From the NCBI GenBank assembly GCA_937926265.1, contig CALAZS010000130.1, positions 2,796 to 66,795 on the forward strand: a stretch of 64,000 nt of DNA, read 5' to 3'. The translations under genes were made by a program, and so were the position numbers. Source of the DNA: an uncultured Gammaproteobacteria bacterium (GTDB lineage: Bacteria > Pseudomonadota > Gammaproteobacteria > Chromatiales > Chromatiaceae). The notes under the pieces were generated by a model. It searched no databases. It was not told the DNA's origin and saw nothing but the letters and a program-made list of their open reading frames with translations. Of this stretch, positions 47,173 through 58,434 are shown piece by piece; positions within the stretch are counted from its first letter, which is position 1, and each line of letters opens with the position of its first letter.

Positions 47173-48502
47173 CCTTTTTCTTTATTAAAGCGTAATAAAA
47201 ACCGTCCATGTTGTTAACACCTGGTATTGTCTGTATACCATGCGATTTTCGAACATATTCGACCTTTGGTTCTAAAGACAATTCAAGCACATCATCGCGC
47301 TGAAGGAACCATTCAACCTGCTTTTCATTCTCTGCTGATAACAGCGAACAGGTTGCATACAGCAAACGGCCACCCGGCTTAACCAGCGTCCAGATTTGTT
47401 CCAGAATACTGCGCTGCTGGGATACCAGTCCGACTATGTCCTGCTTTTTTCTTAAAATTCTTATGTCCGGATGACGGCGAATCACACCAGTTGCCGAACA
47501 GGGCACATCAAGTAATACTGCATCATACTGGGTTTCTGACCACAAGCCATCCGGGTTTGCCGCATCTCCGCAAAAAACTTTTGCCTTGAGTTTAAGGCGA
47601 TCAAGATTGGAGCGAATTTTTTCAATGCGTGACGCATCGATATCAATAGCGGTTAGATCCAGATCGTGGTTAAGGTCTGAATATCGCTCAAGCAGGTGAC
47701 AGGTTTTCCCTCCGGGTGCTGCACATGCATCCAGCACTTTTGTTTCTGCACCGGGATTTAACAGTTCCGCCGCAAGCTGCGCACCAGCATCCTGAACCGA
47801 CACACAACCATCAAAAAAACCCGGCAGCTTTTCTACTGGCACGGGCTTATCAACCAAAACAGCGGTTTCAACCCCGACTATGCCGCTGGCCGCCAGATTT
47901 TCCTGCCTGAGCTTATCCAGATACTCCTGGACATCCTGTTTTTGAGAGTTAACCCGCAAAACCAGGGGCGGCGACGCTAACAGCGCTTCACAAATGGCCG
48001 GTGTTTTGTCGTTCCAGTCAGTTTGCAGTTGCTGATATAGCCAGCCCGGTAATGCATATGAAGCAGCTTTATTCTGCCTGGCCAGGTCCAACAGGCTGGC
48101 CTGCTCCCTCTGAAAACGTCGCAATACCCCGTTTACCATGCCGGACATCGCGGGCTTGCCTAATTTCCTAGAAGCCTTAACGCTTTCATCAACAACAGCA
48201 TGAGGCTTGGTGCGCATGTATGCGATCTGGTAAAAGCCCGCAATCAGCAATGCCCGGATATCGGTGTCGCGTTTACGCAGGTTTTTTTTCATCATCTTTT
48301 CAAGCACAGCGTCGAACAGATGGTAATAACGGCATGAGCCGTAACAAATTTCTGACAACAGTGATTGGTCGGATGGATTAACCCTGTCCTGGTATTTAGG
48401 AAGCACCCTGGAAAGCGATGCACCAAGAATAACTTCAGTTATCGCTTTAGCTGCTGCAAGCCTGACAGGCTGTACCGGTGAGCTAGTCTGGCTTTCAGCC
48501 AA
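47156..48502 (-). CDS. rsmB: 16S rRNA (cytosine967-C5)-methyltransferase RsmB
   Basis: 448 aa. NusB-like N-terminus plus a SAM MTase (VLDACAAPGGKT, DAVLLDVPCSATGVIRRHPD, LLYATCS). fmt-rsmB synteny. Confidence 0.9.
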   Translation of the reverse strand: MAESQTSSPVQPVRLAAAKAITEVILGASLSRVLPKYQDRVNPSDQSLLSEICYGSCRYYHLFDAVLEKMMKKNLRKRDTDIRALLIAGFYQIAYMRTKPHAVVDESVKASRKLGKPAMSGMVNGVLRRFQREQASLLDLARQNKAASYALPGWLYQQLQTDWNDKTPAICEALLASPPLVLRVNSQKQDVQEYLDKLRQENLAASGIVGVETAVLVDKPVPVEKLPGFFDGCVSVQDAGAQLAAELLNPGAETKVLDACAAPGGKTCHLLERYSDLNHDLDLTAIDIDASRIEKIRSNLDRLKLKAKVFCGDAANPDGLWSETQYDAVLLDVPCSATGVIRRHPDIRILRKKQDIVGLVSQQRSILEQIWTLVKPGGRLLYATCSLLSAENEKQVEWFLQRDDVLELSLEPKVEYVRKSHGIQTIPGVNNMDGFYYALIKKKDEKQS

Positions 48503-49454
48503 ATTGCTTTCCTTTCAGATCATTGGCATTAAGATAGTCACGTGCTGACATGACACGTTTTCCCTGGGGCTGAAGTTGCGTAATTCTCAACATGCCCTCA
48601 CCTGTGGCAACATCAATCCCTTCTGCTGAGGTTTCTACTACGCTGCCAGGTGCGATGCCAGAATCACTTGAATAAGCTTCTGTATTTGAATCAAGTAATT
48701 TTGTCTCCCAGATGCGGATGGTTTTATCCACCAGGCGAGTATAGGAAACCGGCCAGGGATTAAAGGCCCTGACATCGCGACTAATTTTCTCTGCCGGCTG
48801 ATGCCAGTCAATTTCAGCCTCTTTTTTATCCAGTTTGTGTGCATAGACTGCCAGGCTGTCATCCTGTATTTCGGGAGATAATTGATCCTGTTGCAACAAC
48901 CCCAGGGTTTTCATCAGTGCATCGGCGCCTAGTGGCGCCAGCCTGTCATGCAGTTGCCCGCCCGTTTCGTCTGCACCAATATCAATTTTTTCAATGAAAA
49001 GCATTGGCCCGGTATCCAGTCCGGCCTCCATCTGCATAATAGTCACGCCGGATTCAGCGTCACCGGCCTGAATGGCACGCTGAATAGGCGCAGCACCACG
49101 CCATCTCGGCAGAATGGAGGCATGAATATTGAGACAACCAAGCCGGGGAGCATCAAGAACACGCTGAGGAAGAATCAGGCCATAAGCAACAACCACCATA
49201 ATATCCGCCTGCAGGCTTTCAAGCTGTTGCAGATCTTCTTCCTGTTTGAAATTCAGCGGCTGATAGACAGGAATAGCCGCTTTCATTGCGACTTCCTTGA
49301 CCGGACTTGGTTTTAGCTCCCTGCCACGGCCAGCCGGACGATCAGGCTGGGTGTAAACTGCAATAACCTGATGATCTGATTCCAGCAAGGCTTTTAAAGG
49401 AAATACTGAAAAATCCGGTGTACCGGCAAAAATAATTTTTAGAGGCGGTGCCAT
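48495..49454 (-). CDS. fmt: Methionyl-tRNA formyltransferase
   Basis: 319 aa with LKIIFAGTPDFSV and NIHASILPRWRGAAPIQRAI. Confidence 0.95.
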   Translation of the reverse strand: MAPPLKIIFAGTPDFSVFPLKALLESDHQVIAVYTQPDRPAGRGRELKPSPVKEVAMKAAIPVYQPLNFKQEEDLQQLESLQADIMVVVAYGLILPQRVLDAPRLGCLNIHASILPRWRGAAPIQRAIQAGDAESGVTIMQMEAGLDTGPMLFIEKIDIGADETGGQLHDRLAPLGADALMKTLGLLQQDQLSPEIQDDSLAVYAHKLDKKEAEIDWHQPAEKISRDVRAFNPWPVSYTRLVDKTIRIWETKLLDSNTEAYSSDSGIAPGSVVETSAEGIDVATGEGMLRITQLQPQGKRVMSARDYLNANDLKGKQFG

Positions 49455-49969
49455 TACATCGCCTGCCGGGCTTGTTGTTTAGATTCTTTTTCGAGTTTCT
49501 TTTTGATGCGATTGCGTTTCAGGGGTGACAGGTAATCAACAAAAAGCTTGCCATCCAGGTGATCAATTTCGTGCTGGATACAGACCGCAAGAAGCCCGTC
49601 GGCATCCATTTCGAAGACCTCACCTTTCTCATTCAGGGCTTTAACCCGAATTTTCTCGGCACGCTGTACCGTTTCGTAGAAGCCCGGTACCGACAGACAG
49701 CCTTCGTCCATGGTTTCTTCACCCACGGTCTCTATAATCTCGGGATTGATGAAACACAGGGGCTGATCATGATCCTCGGATACATCCACGACAATCACAC
49801 GCCTGGGAACGTTGACCTGGATGGACGCCAGACCAATGCCGGGAGCTGCATACATGGTCTCAAACATGTCTTTGACCAGCTGTTGAATCTCAGCATCAAC
49901 TTCAGTGACCGGCTTGGCTTCATTTCTGAGACGTGGGTCCGGATAATGTAAAATTTCAAGTATCGCCAT
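49454..49969 (-). CDS. def: Peptide deformylase
   Basis: 171 aa with [17 protein letters not shown] and HEIDHLDG motifs. Confidence 0.95.
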   Translation of the reverse strand: MAILEILHYPDPRLRNEAKPVTEVDAEIQQLVKDMFETMYAAPGIGLASIQVNVPRRVIVVDVSEDHDQPLCFINPEIIETVGEETMDEGCLSVPGFYETVQRAEKIRVKALNEKGEVFEMDADGLLAVCIQHEIDHLDGKLFVDYLSPLKRNRIKKKLEKESKQQARQAM

Positions 49970-50104
49970 ATCTAAATTGCATTGTTATAGTACACTTTAA
50001 AAAAAATTCGCTATCATAATGATTATATTACAGGAATTTACAGTAATCTGTGATAGCCTGTTCAAAAAACCGGACATCATAATCACAATTTGAAAGGGAT
50101 CAAT

Positions 50105-51142
50105 ATGTACAAGCTGCGTCAACTGCTTCTATCGAGCCTGGCCGGGCTTATCATTTCAACAGCTGTTATGGCGGAATCCGTTGAACTCAACAGCAATCAT
50201 CCACAAGAATATACCGTCGTCAAAGGCGATACACTCTGGGACATTTCCGCAATGTTTCTGCGTGATCCATGGCGCTGGTCAGACATCTGGTATGTCAACG
50301 ATCAAATTGCCAACCCTCACTTGATTTATCCTGGTGATGTGCTGGTTCTGACCTATGTGAACGGCAAACCAATGCTGACCAAAAAAGGTTGCCCTCCGAA
50401 CAAACTCTGCCCCGAGGTCAAATCCTTACCGCTCGAAGATGCCATTCCGATGATACCTATCGATGCTATTCGTCCATTCCTGACGCGTCCAAGTGTACTC
50501 AATGATGGTGAATATGAAACACTGCCTTATGTAGTGGCTTTCGCAGATGAGCATATTATCGGTGGTGCCGGACAAAACATTTATGTCAGATCCATTGAGG
50601 ATGACAGTGAAATAACCTTCGATATTATCCGTAAAGGCGGTGAATACCGGGATCACGAAACCAATGAACTGCTCGGTATTGAGGCCATTTACGTCGGCAA
50701 CTCGAAGTTAAGACGTCTGGGTGACCCTGCCACCCTGCACATCACCAGTTCAGAACAGCACACCACTAAAGGTGATCGCCTGGTTCCTTCTTCTTTCGAC
50801 AGTCCGTTCAGGGATTTGTATCCAAAAGTTCCGGAAGCCGATATCAATGGTGCGATTATTTCTGTCATGAATGGCGTTACCCAGATCGGACAGTACAATA
50901 TCGTTGTACTTGACCGTGGCGCCTCAAACGGCCTGCAGGTCGGTGACGTATTAAGCATTTTACACCGCGGTCCTGATATTCGTGACACAGTTTCAGACAA
51001 CCCCCGCGAGATGGTAAAACTGCCTGATGAAGAAGCCGGACAACTTGTTATTTTCAGAACATTTGACCGCGTAAGTTTCGGTATTGTTATGTTTGCGACG
51101 CGCGCCATCCACATTCATGACAAAGTTGTTAATCCTGAATAA
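50105..51142 (+). CDS. LysM peptidoglycan-binding domain protein
   Basis: Signal peptide plus LysM (YTVVKGDTLWDISAMFL...NPHLIYPGDVL). Start at the ATG after an AAAGGGA SD. Confidence 0.8.
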   Translation: MYKLRQLLLSSLAGLIISTAVMAESVELNSNHPQEYTVVKGDTLWDISAMFLRDPWRWSDIWYVNDQIANPHLIYPGDVLVLTYVNGKPMLTKKGCPPNKLCPEVKSLPLEDAIPMIPIDAIRPFLTRPSVLNDGEYETLPYVVAFADEHIIGGAGQNIYVRSIEDDSEITFDIIRKGGEYRDHETNELLGIEAIYVGNSKLRRLGDPATLHITSSEQHTTKGDRLVPSSFDSPFRDLYPKVPEADINGAIISVMNGVTQIGQYNIVVLDRGASNGLQVGDVLSILHRGPDIRDTVSDNPREMVKLPDEEAGQLVIFRTFDRVSFGIVMFATRAIHIHDKVVNPE

Positions 51143-51188
51143 CAGTTAATATTATTTCTCACTTCTTTCTGTCAGGGAGGACAGGGCA

Positions 51189-52283
51189 GTGAAATGCACT
51201 CAAAAAGACTGGCTAAAACTCGTCAGGGCACCCGGAATTGGTGCCCGGCGACTTTCCCCGCTAATCAAGCAATCCAATAATGTTGCAGAGTTACTGCAAA
51301 ATTCACCGGACAAGCTTGCAACTCAGCTCGAAATTGCACTAAATACAGAAAGCGAACTGCTTGAACGCGATTTGCAATGGCTCGAGCAGGACAATCATGA
51401 AATTATCACCATTGGTGACAGCAACTACCCGCAACTGCTTTTCCAGATAGAAGACCCACCCATCGTTCTTTTTTGCCAGGGTAATACGGCGTTGCTTGAT
51501 CTGCCTCAGCTGGCCATTGTTGGTAGTAGAAATCCCAGCCGCCAGGGTAACGAAAATGCCCATGCTTTTGCCAGGTACCTGGCTGAATCGGGACTTACAA
51601 TCACCAGCGGCATGGCACTTGGCATTGATACCAGCGCACATCAGGGTGCCTTGTCTGTCTCTGGTAACACCATCGCTGTCATTGCCACCGGCCCGGATCG
51701 TGTCTATCCGGCAAGCAATCACAAGCTTGCCCATGAAATCAGTGAAAATGGTCTGATCATTTCAGAATTTCCGCCCGGAACTGAAGCCAGGCCTGGACAT
51801 TTTCCCAAACGTAACCGGCTGATCAGCGCTATTTCACTCGGTACGCTGGTGGTCGAAGCTACCATTAAAAGCGGTTCATTGATTACAGCCAGGCTTGCGC
51901 TCGAGCAGGGCCGGGAAGTCTTTGCGATACCCGGATCAATTCACAGCCCGCAAAGCCGGGGCTGTCATCATCTGATTAAGCAGGGAGCCAAGCTTGTCGA
52001 AAATGCCCAGGATATCATTGATGAACTCTCTGCCATGTTCTCCAGCCTGCAGAATTATGTTCAACCTCAGGAAGCTGATTCATTAATTTCTCCGCCGGCT
52101 TTGGATGCTGACTATCTGCAACTGCTTGAAATTATTGGCTGGGAACCGGTTTTAGTGGAACAGATTATTGCATTAAGCCCGTTTACTGCAGAGGAAGTTT
52201 CATCCATGCTACTGTTGCTTGAGCTGCAAGGTCATGTATTATCCGCACCCGGAGGCTTCTATTGCCGGGCCAGGCCAACCTGA
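51189..52283 (+). CDS. dprA: DNA-processing protein DprA
   Basis: 364 aa with AIVGSRNPS, GMALGIDTSAHQGAL and FPKRNRLISAISLGTLVVEA. GTG start after a GGGAGG SD. Confidence 0.9.
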   Translation: MKCTQKDWLKLVRAPGIGARRLSPLIKQSNNVAELLQNSPDKLATQLEIALNTESELLERDLQWLEQDNHEIITIGDSNYPQLLFQIEDPPIVLFCQGNTALLDLPQLAIVGSRNPSRQGNENAHAFARYLAESGLTITSGMALGIDTSAHQGALSVSGNTIAVIATGPDRVYPASNHKLAHEISENGLIISEFPPGTEARPGHFPKRNRLISAISLGTLVVEATIKSGSLITARLALEQGREVFAIPGSIHSPQSRGCHHLIKQGAKLVENAQDIIDELSAMFSSLQNYVQPQEADSLISPPALDADYLQLLEIIGWEPVLVEQIIALSPFTAEEVSSMLLLLELQGHVLSAPGGFYCRARPT

Positions 52284-52400
52284 TTCCCTGATCAGCCTGA
52301 TCCCCTGATTTGATATCAAGTCTTGTTAAAACTTTGTCATCGCTGTTATTGTCAACAGCATACTGAATGCAAACACACTCTGCGACTAACTGGAGCAACC

Positions 52401-52877
52401 GTGAACGAAAACGTTATTGACGTCCTCATATATATTTATGAGAACTACATGGGCAGCGAGGAAGAGGTTCCCCATGACCAGATCATGCTTGAAGAAGAGC
52501 TTTCCAAGGCTGGCTTTCCAAATTCGGAAATCAAGAAAGCATTCGACTGGCTGGATGATCTGGCTCGTCACCAGATAATCATGAACCAGAATGAGGCCAG
52601 TAGCCCATCAATGCGTTTGTTAACAACCAAGGAGCAACAGCGCCTTGATCTTGAAACCCGCGGCCTGTTATTAACTCTTGAGCACAATGGCCTGCTGGAC
52701 AAAACCAGTCGGGAACTGGTAATTGAGCGCGCCATGGCGCTTGATGAAGATCAACTTTCCAGTGATGACATAAAATGGATCATTCTTCTTGTGCTGATGA
52801 ATCAGCCTGGCAAGGAATCTGCCTTTGCCCAGATTGAAGAAATGATCTACAACCAACCAACTGAACACCTGCATTAA
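52401..52877 (+). CDS. smg: Smg (DUF494) protein
   Basis: 158 aa from the GTG after a TGGAG SD (VNENVIDVLIYIYENYM...), in the dprA-smg-topA position. The upstream ORF-track extension was rejected. Confidence 0.8.
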   Translation: MNENVIDVLIYIYENYMGSEEEVPHDQIMLEEELSKAGFPNSEIKKAFDWLDDLARHQIIMNQNEASSPSMRLLTTKEQQRLDLETRGLLLTLEHNGLLDKTSRELVIERAMALDEDQLSSDDIKWIILLVLMNQPGKESAFAQIEEMIYNQPTEHLH

Positions 52878-52883
52878 TCTCTT

Positions 52884-55184
52884 ATGAATCTGGTTATTGT
52901 GGAATCGCCCGCAAAGGCGAAAACCATCGAAAAATATCTTGGTAAGGATTTCCAGGTACTGGCATCTTATGGCCACGTACGCGACCTGGTGCCCAAAGAA
53001 GGTGCGGTCGATACCGCAAACCAGTTTGCGATGAAATACCAGACCATCGAGCGCAATGAAAAACATGTTAAAAGCATTGTCAGCAAGCTGAAAAATGCTG
53101 ACAACCTGATGCTCGCAACTGACCCGGACCGCGAAGGTGAAGCGATTTCCTGGCACCTGCTGGAATTACTGCAATCCAGGAAAAAACTCAAAAACAAGGG
53201 AATCTATAGAGTCGTTTTCAACGAAATCACCAAGAAAGCGGTTCAGCATGCCGTTGATAACCCGCGTGAAATCTCCATGGACCTGGTCAATGCCCAACAG
53301 GCCCGTCGCGCGCTTGATTACCTGGTTGGTTTTAACCTGTCTCCACTTTTATGGAAAAAAATCCGCCGTGGACTGTCTGCAGGGCGCGTACAAAGTCCTG
53401 CGCTGCGTATGATTGTTGAGCGCGAAGAGGAAATCGAAGCATTTGTTCCAAGAGAGTACTGGAGCGTAGAAGCCGTTTCCAGCAAGGACAACCAGAAATT
53501 CTCTGCCAAACTGAACACCTTTGCGGGTGAAAAAGTCGAACAGTTCAGCATCACGGATGAAACGCGTGCTGCTGAAGTGGAAAAAGCCCTTTTGGCCGCC
53601 GCCAATGGTCTTCTTGATGTCAACAAGGTAACCCGCAAACAGCGCAAGCGTAATCCCTCGCCACCGTTTACCACGTCGACACTGCAACAGGAAGCGGCTC
53701 GAAAACTGGGTTTTACTGCACAACGAACCATGCGCATTGCCCAGCAATTATATGAAGGCATTGATATAGGGGACGGTACAGTCGGTCTGATTACCTATAT
53801 GCGTACTGACTCGGTCAACCTGTCGGACGATGCCCTCGGCGAATTACGTGAATTTATCGCAAAAAAATATGGCAAGGACCAGTTGCCAGACGCTGTTCGC
53901 AGTTTCAAAACCAAATCAAAAAATGCCCAGGAAGCTCACGAAGCGATTCGCCCTACTTCGGCCAAGCGCGAGCCGGTCAAGGTGGCACAATTTCTTAGCA
54001 AGGATCAGCAAAAACTGTATGACCTGATCTGGAAAAGAACCGTTGCCTGCCAAATGATCCACGCCACCATGCACACCGTATCTGTTGATCTGGGTGCAGG
54101 TGAAGGCAATGTTTTCCGGGCCAATGGCTCAACCATCGCCAACCCGGGCTTTATCCAGGTTTACCAGGAAGGTAAAGACGATGTAAAACCGGATGATGAC
54201 AAAGACGAAAAACTGCTGCCGGAACTGGTCGAAGGTGAAAAAGTTGACTTAATTTCAATCACACCCAATCAGCATTTCACCGAGCCTCCACCCAGGTTCA
54301 GTGAAGCCAGCCTGGTCAAGGCGCTTGAAGAATACGGTATCGGCCGACCTTCAACATACGCATCGATTATTTCAACGCTGCAGGATCGTGAATACGTTGA
54401 ACTTGAGCAAAAACGTTTTTACCCGACTGATGTTGGCCGAATCGTAAAAAAGTTTCTGACCAATTATTTCAACCAGTACGTTGATTACGATTTCACTGCA
54501 CGTCTGGAAGACGAACTTGATGCCGTCTCCAGGGGCGAGGAAGAATGGGTGCCGCTACTGGAAAAATTCTGGCAGCCATTCAAAGACCAGATTGATCATA
54601 CCCAGGAAAATGTTCAACGTTCTGATGTCACCCAGGAAAAAATTGATGAATCCTGCCCTAAATGCAGTGGCCAGCTTTCAATAAGGCTGGGAAGAAATGG
54701 CCGCTTTATAGGTTGCACCAATTACCCTGAATGCGATTACACCCGTAACCTGAATGATGACCAGGGTAGCAACGAGCCACAGGAAGTTGGTCGTGACTGC
54801 CCCAAATGCAGCAAGCCACTGATTTACAAACAGGGGCGTTATGGAAAATTCATCGGCTGTTCCGGTTACCCCGATTGCAAACATATCGAACCACTGGAAA
54901 AACCAACCGATACCGGCGTTGCCTGCCCCAAGTGTAATGACGGCAGCCTGATGAAACGTAAATCCAGGCGCGGCAAAATTTTCTATTCGTGTTCGACCTA
55001 TCCAAAGTGCGATTACGCCATTTGGAACGAACCGGTATCTGAACCCTGCCCACAATGCGGATGGCCTGTTTTGACGATTAAAACAACCAAACGTCGGGGA
55101 ACTGAAAAGGTATGTCCACAACAGGACTGCTCTTTTGCAGAACCTTACGAGGCACCTGAATACGAGAAAGAGGACACCGAATAA
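52884..55184 (+). CDS. topA: DNA topoisomerase I
   Basis: 766 aa. Toprim start MNLVIVESPAKAKTIEKYLG, active-site region GLITYMRTDS and four C-terminal CxxC...C zinc ribbons. Confidence 0.95.
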   Translation: MNLVIVESPAKAKTIEKYLGKDFQVLASYGHVRDLVPKEGAVDTANQFAMKYQTIERNEKHVKSIVSKLKNADNLMLATDPDREGEAISWHLLELLQSRKKLKNKGIYRVVFNEITKKAVQHAVDNPREISMDLVNAQQARRALDYLVGFNLSPLLWKKIRRGLSAGRVQSPALRMIVEREEEIEAFVPREYWSVEAVSSKDNQKFSAKLNTFAGEKVEQFSITDETRAAEVEKALLAAANGLLDVNKVTRKQRKRNPSPPFTTSTLQQEAARKLGFTAQRTMRIAQQLYEGIDIGDGTVGLITYMRTDSVNLSDDALGELREFIAKKYGKDQLPDAVRSFKTKSKNAQEAHEAIRPTSAKREPVKVAQFLSKDQQKLYDLIWKRTVACQMIHATMHTVSVDLGAGEGNVFRANGSTIANPGFIQVYQEGKDDVKPDDDKDEKLLPELVEGEKVDLISITPNQHFTEPPPRFSEASLVKALEEYGIGRPSTYASIISTLQDREYVELEQKRFYPTDVGRIVKKFLTNYFNQYVDYDFTARLEDELDAVSRGEEEWVPLLEKFWQPFKDQIDHTQENVQRSDVTQEKIDESCPKCSGQLSIRLGRNGRFIGCTNYPECDYTRNLNDDQGSNEPQEVGRDCPKCSKPLIYKQGRYGKFIGCSGYPDCKHIEPLEKPTDTGVACPKCNDGSLMKRKSRRGKIFYSCSTYPKCDYAIWNEPVSEPCPQCGWPVLTIKTTKRRGTEKVCPQQDCSFAEPYEAPEYEKEDTE

Positions 55185-55192
55185 ATTCAGCT

Positions 55193-55747
55193 ATGCTGTC
55201 TGCTTTCCAAGCCCGTGTTGCTGCAAAAGCCATTGAAGCCGGCAATGTCATCGCCTATCCAACTGAGGCGGTATTCGGCCTGGGTTGTGATCCTTTAAAT
55301 TTTCAGGCTGTTTCACGTTTACTTGAAATAAAACAGCGTCCGGTTGAAAAAGGACTGATACTGATCGCATCAGATTTTTCGCAGTTACGCCCTTATGTAA
55401 AATCTGTTGATCCTGAGGTCATTCAGCCTGCACTTGAAAGCTGGCCCGGGCCTAACACCTGGATTTTCCCAGCCCGTGAAAACACTCCTTACTGGTTGAC
55501 TGGAAAATTCACTGGTATTGCTGTCAGGATCACGGCTCATCCAGTTGTCAGGCAGCTTTGTGATGCTGTTAACATGCCGCTGGTTTCGACCAGTGCCAAT
55601 CATAGTGGTCAACAGCCTGCGCGGTCTTTGCTTGAATGTCGACTACGCTGTCCCGAGGCTGATCTTTTCATTAATGGACAGGTAAACAGGCAGGCTAAAC
55701 CTTCAACAATTAGGGATTTGCTATCTGGCTCTGTTATTAGAAGCTAA
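55193..55747 (+). CDS. tsaC: L-threonylcarbamoyladenylate synthase TsaC (YrdC type)
   Basis: 184 aa with VIAYPTEAVFGLGCDP and LVSTSANHSGQ. Confidence 0.9.
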   Translation: MLSAFQARVAAKAIEAGNVIAYPTEAVFGLGCDPLNFQAVSRLLEIKQRPVEKGLILIASDFSQLRPYVKSVDPEVIQPALESWPGPNTWIFPARENTPYWLTGKFTGIAVRITAHPVVRQLCDAVNMPLVSTSANHSGQQPARSLLECRLRCPEADLFINGQVNRQAKPSTIRDLLSGSVIRS

Positions 55748-55774
55748 AAGCGTCGTTTTTTACACTTGACCCAT

Positions 55775-55887
55775 AAGCAATTAGTCGATAACTGCTTTTA
55801 AGAGATGTCCACAGCAGGGATGCTGTGGTCAAGCTTACATGGATGTATTAACAGCGATCTCTTAAAAGTAGTTACTACTGATTGCTT
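55775..55887. repeat. ~113-nt extended imperfect inverted repeat (long hairpin) of unknown function
   Basis: The outer arm AAGCAATTAGTCGATAACTG-CTTTTAAGAGAT pairs with ATCTCTTAAAAG-TAGTTACTACTGATTGCTT (12 perfect bp plus ~18 more with one bulge). An internal hairpin CCACAGCA-GGGA-TGCTGTGG sits at 55809-55828. Confidence 0.6.
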
Positions 55888-55934
55888 TTCAGATAATCTT
55901 ATGAACTAACAAAGTAAATCATGTATTTTTTTGA

Positions 55935-56960
<1,026 letters not shown>

Positions 56961-57041
56961 TAACACTGTGTTTTCAATCAGGCGATCATTGTCTATTCTT
57001 AATGGATGTATTCAGACATCATGATTTTTAAATAAGGATAG

Positions 57042-57980
57042 ATGATGGCTCCACACACTGATGAAGACATCATTGAGCTTATAGAAGACGCGGAAACACT
57101 TCCGCAGTCACCTGTGCAGCCCTGGCGTATCTTAATTGTTGATGATGATGAGGATGTTCACCAGGTAACCCGTTTTGCCGTTAATAGCAATATTGAAATC
57201 CTCAACCGCAAAATAGAATTTCTTTCGGCTTATTCTGCAGCCGAAGCGGAATCTGTTCTGACGCGTGAAAATGATATCAGCCTGATATTGCTTGACTGTG
57301 TAATGGAAACTGAAACTGCCGGGCTCGACCTGGTGGGACGTATTCGAAACAACCTTCAGCTCAAAGATATCAGAATAGTGCTGAGGACCGGTCAGCCAGG
57401 CTATGCGCCGGAATCCAAAGTGATTTCAGAATACGACATTAATGACTATCACACCAAGTCCGACCTAACCAGTCAACGTCTTATTACAACGATAACAGCT
57501 GCCCTGAGAAGCTATCAGCAGCTGCGCTTTGTTTACGATAGCGGCATACTTTTTCAGAAAATAATTGCTGCTTCCAATGACCTTATGTCAAAGCATGAGC
57601 CGGATTCATTTTACCGGGCCATTGTTACCCACATGCGCAGTTTTTTTTCCGAAGGTATAGACTGCCTCGTGGCTGTTAAAGAAGAAAACAATGAAGGAAA
57701 ATTTGAACCGGGGGTAAAAGCCGTTTCCAGCAGTTATGAAGAACTGCTAAACAGTGATGTTAAAACCATTACTGACAGTGATATGAATATGATGTTAAAC
57801 CTGGCATTTGAAAACTGGCAAAATGTTTTTATCAAAAATTTTGGCGCAATTTATGTCGATGCCGGTCATCGTAAAATCGCTATTTATCTGCATGCTCCCG
57901 GTGAAATAACATTGTATGAGCAAAACCTGCTTTTTCTTCTGTCCCACAACATCAGTCTGTGCGCGAAAAACCTGGACTGA
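57042..57980 (+). CDS. Orphan response regulator: REC domain + ~170-aa uncharacterised (DUF3369/GAF-like?) domain, no output enzyme
   Basis: 312 aa with REC (ILIVDDDEDVH...LLDCVM...RTGQPG) and the EYDINDYHTKSDLT segment I associate with REC-DUF3369-HD-GYP regulators. No HD-GYP is present here. Confidence 0.6.
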   Translation: MMAPHTDEDIIELIEDAETLPQSPVQPWRILIVDDDEDVHQVTRFAVNSNIEILNRKIEFLSAYSAAEAESVLTRENDISLILLDCVMETETAGLDLVGRIRNNLQLKDIRIVLRTGQPGYAPESKVISEYDINDYHTKSDLTSQRLITTITAALRSYQQLRFVYDSGILFQKIIAASNDLMSKHEPDSFYRAIVTHMRSFFSEGIDCLVAVKEENNEGKFEPGVKAVSSSYEELLNSDVKTITDSDMNMMLNLAFENWQNVFIKNFGAIYVDAGHRKIAIYLHAPGEITLYEQNLLFLLSHNISLCAKNLD

Positions 57981-57992
57981 ACGGCAAATAAC

Positions 57993-58364
57993 ATGATTCT
58001 CAGTAAAAAACTTCATGAAATCATGCCTGATGACTACAAGGAAAAAATCATCGACTATGACCAGCAAAAAGACCTGGCCACTCTGTTTAATATCGAAATT
58101 GCCAGGTATTTTGCGGATAACGACCTAAAACACTCGATCAGCGAAATTAAAATGGACTACCTGAGTTTTCCGGCAGGTTTTCGTTGGCCAATACTCAGTA
58201 ACGACACTTCGTTCGCACTGGTTTACCTGGAAAGTTTTGACAACCCGCAGGCTCTAAAAAACCAGACACTTGAAATCCTGGTGAAACTTTACAATTACAG
58301 CCTGATGCGATTGAACAGTATCTTAATCGAACTGGAATCACTCGAGGAAAACTACAAACGCTGA
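57993..58364 (+). CDS. Hypothetical protein
   Basis: 123-aa ORF 12 nt downstream of the response regulator. No family recognised. Confidence 0.5.
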   Translation: MILSKKLHEIMPDDYKEKIIDYDQQKDLATLFNIEIARYFADNDLKHSISEIKMDYLSFPAGFRWPILSNDTSFALVYLESFDNPQALKNQTLEILVKLYNYSLMRLNSILIELESLEENYKR

Positions 58365-58367
58365 CCC

Positions 58368-58396
58368 AAAAAAAGGCCCATCCAAAAAGATGGGCC
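58368..58396 (-). terminator. Intrinsic terminator oriented for minus-strand transcripts
   Basis: GGCCCATC-N6-GATGGGCC hairpin. The U7 tract is present only on the minus-strand side (plus-strand A7 at 58368-58374). Confidence 0.55.
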
Positions 58397-58434
58397 CAAT
58401 CGAATGCGCCAAACCAAGCGCGGGAGGAGGAAAC

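Noticed and set aside
52671-55121. Long minus-strand ORFs (161, 147, 132, 147 aa) inside smg/topA
   Set aside because: They are antisense to the unambiguous topoisomerase I and Smg frames, so they are shadow ORFs created by codon bias.
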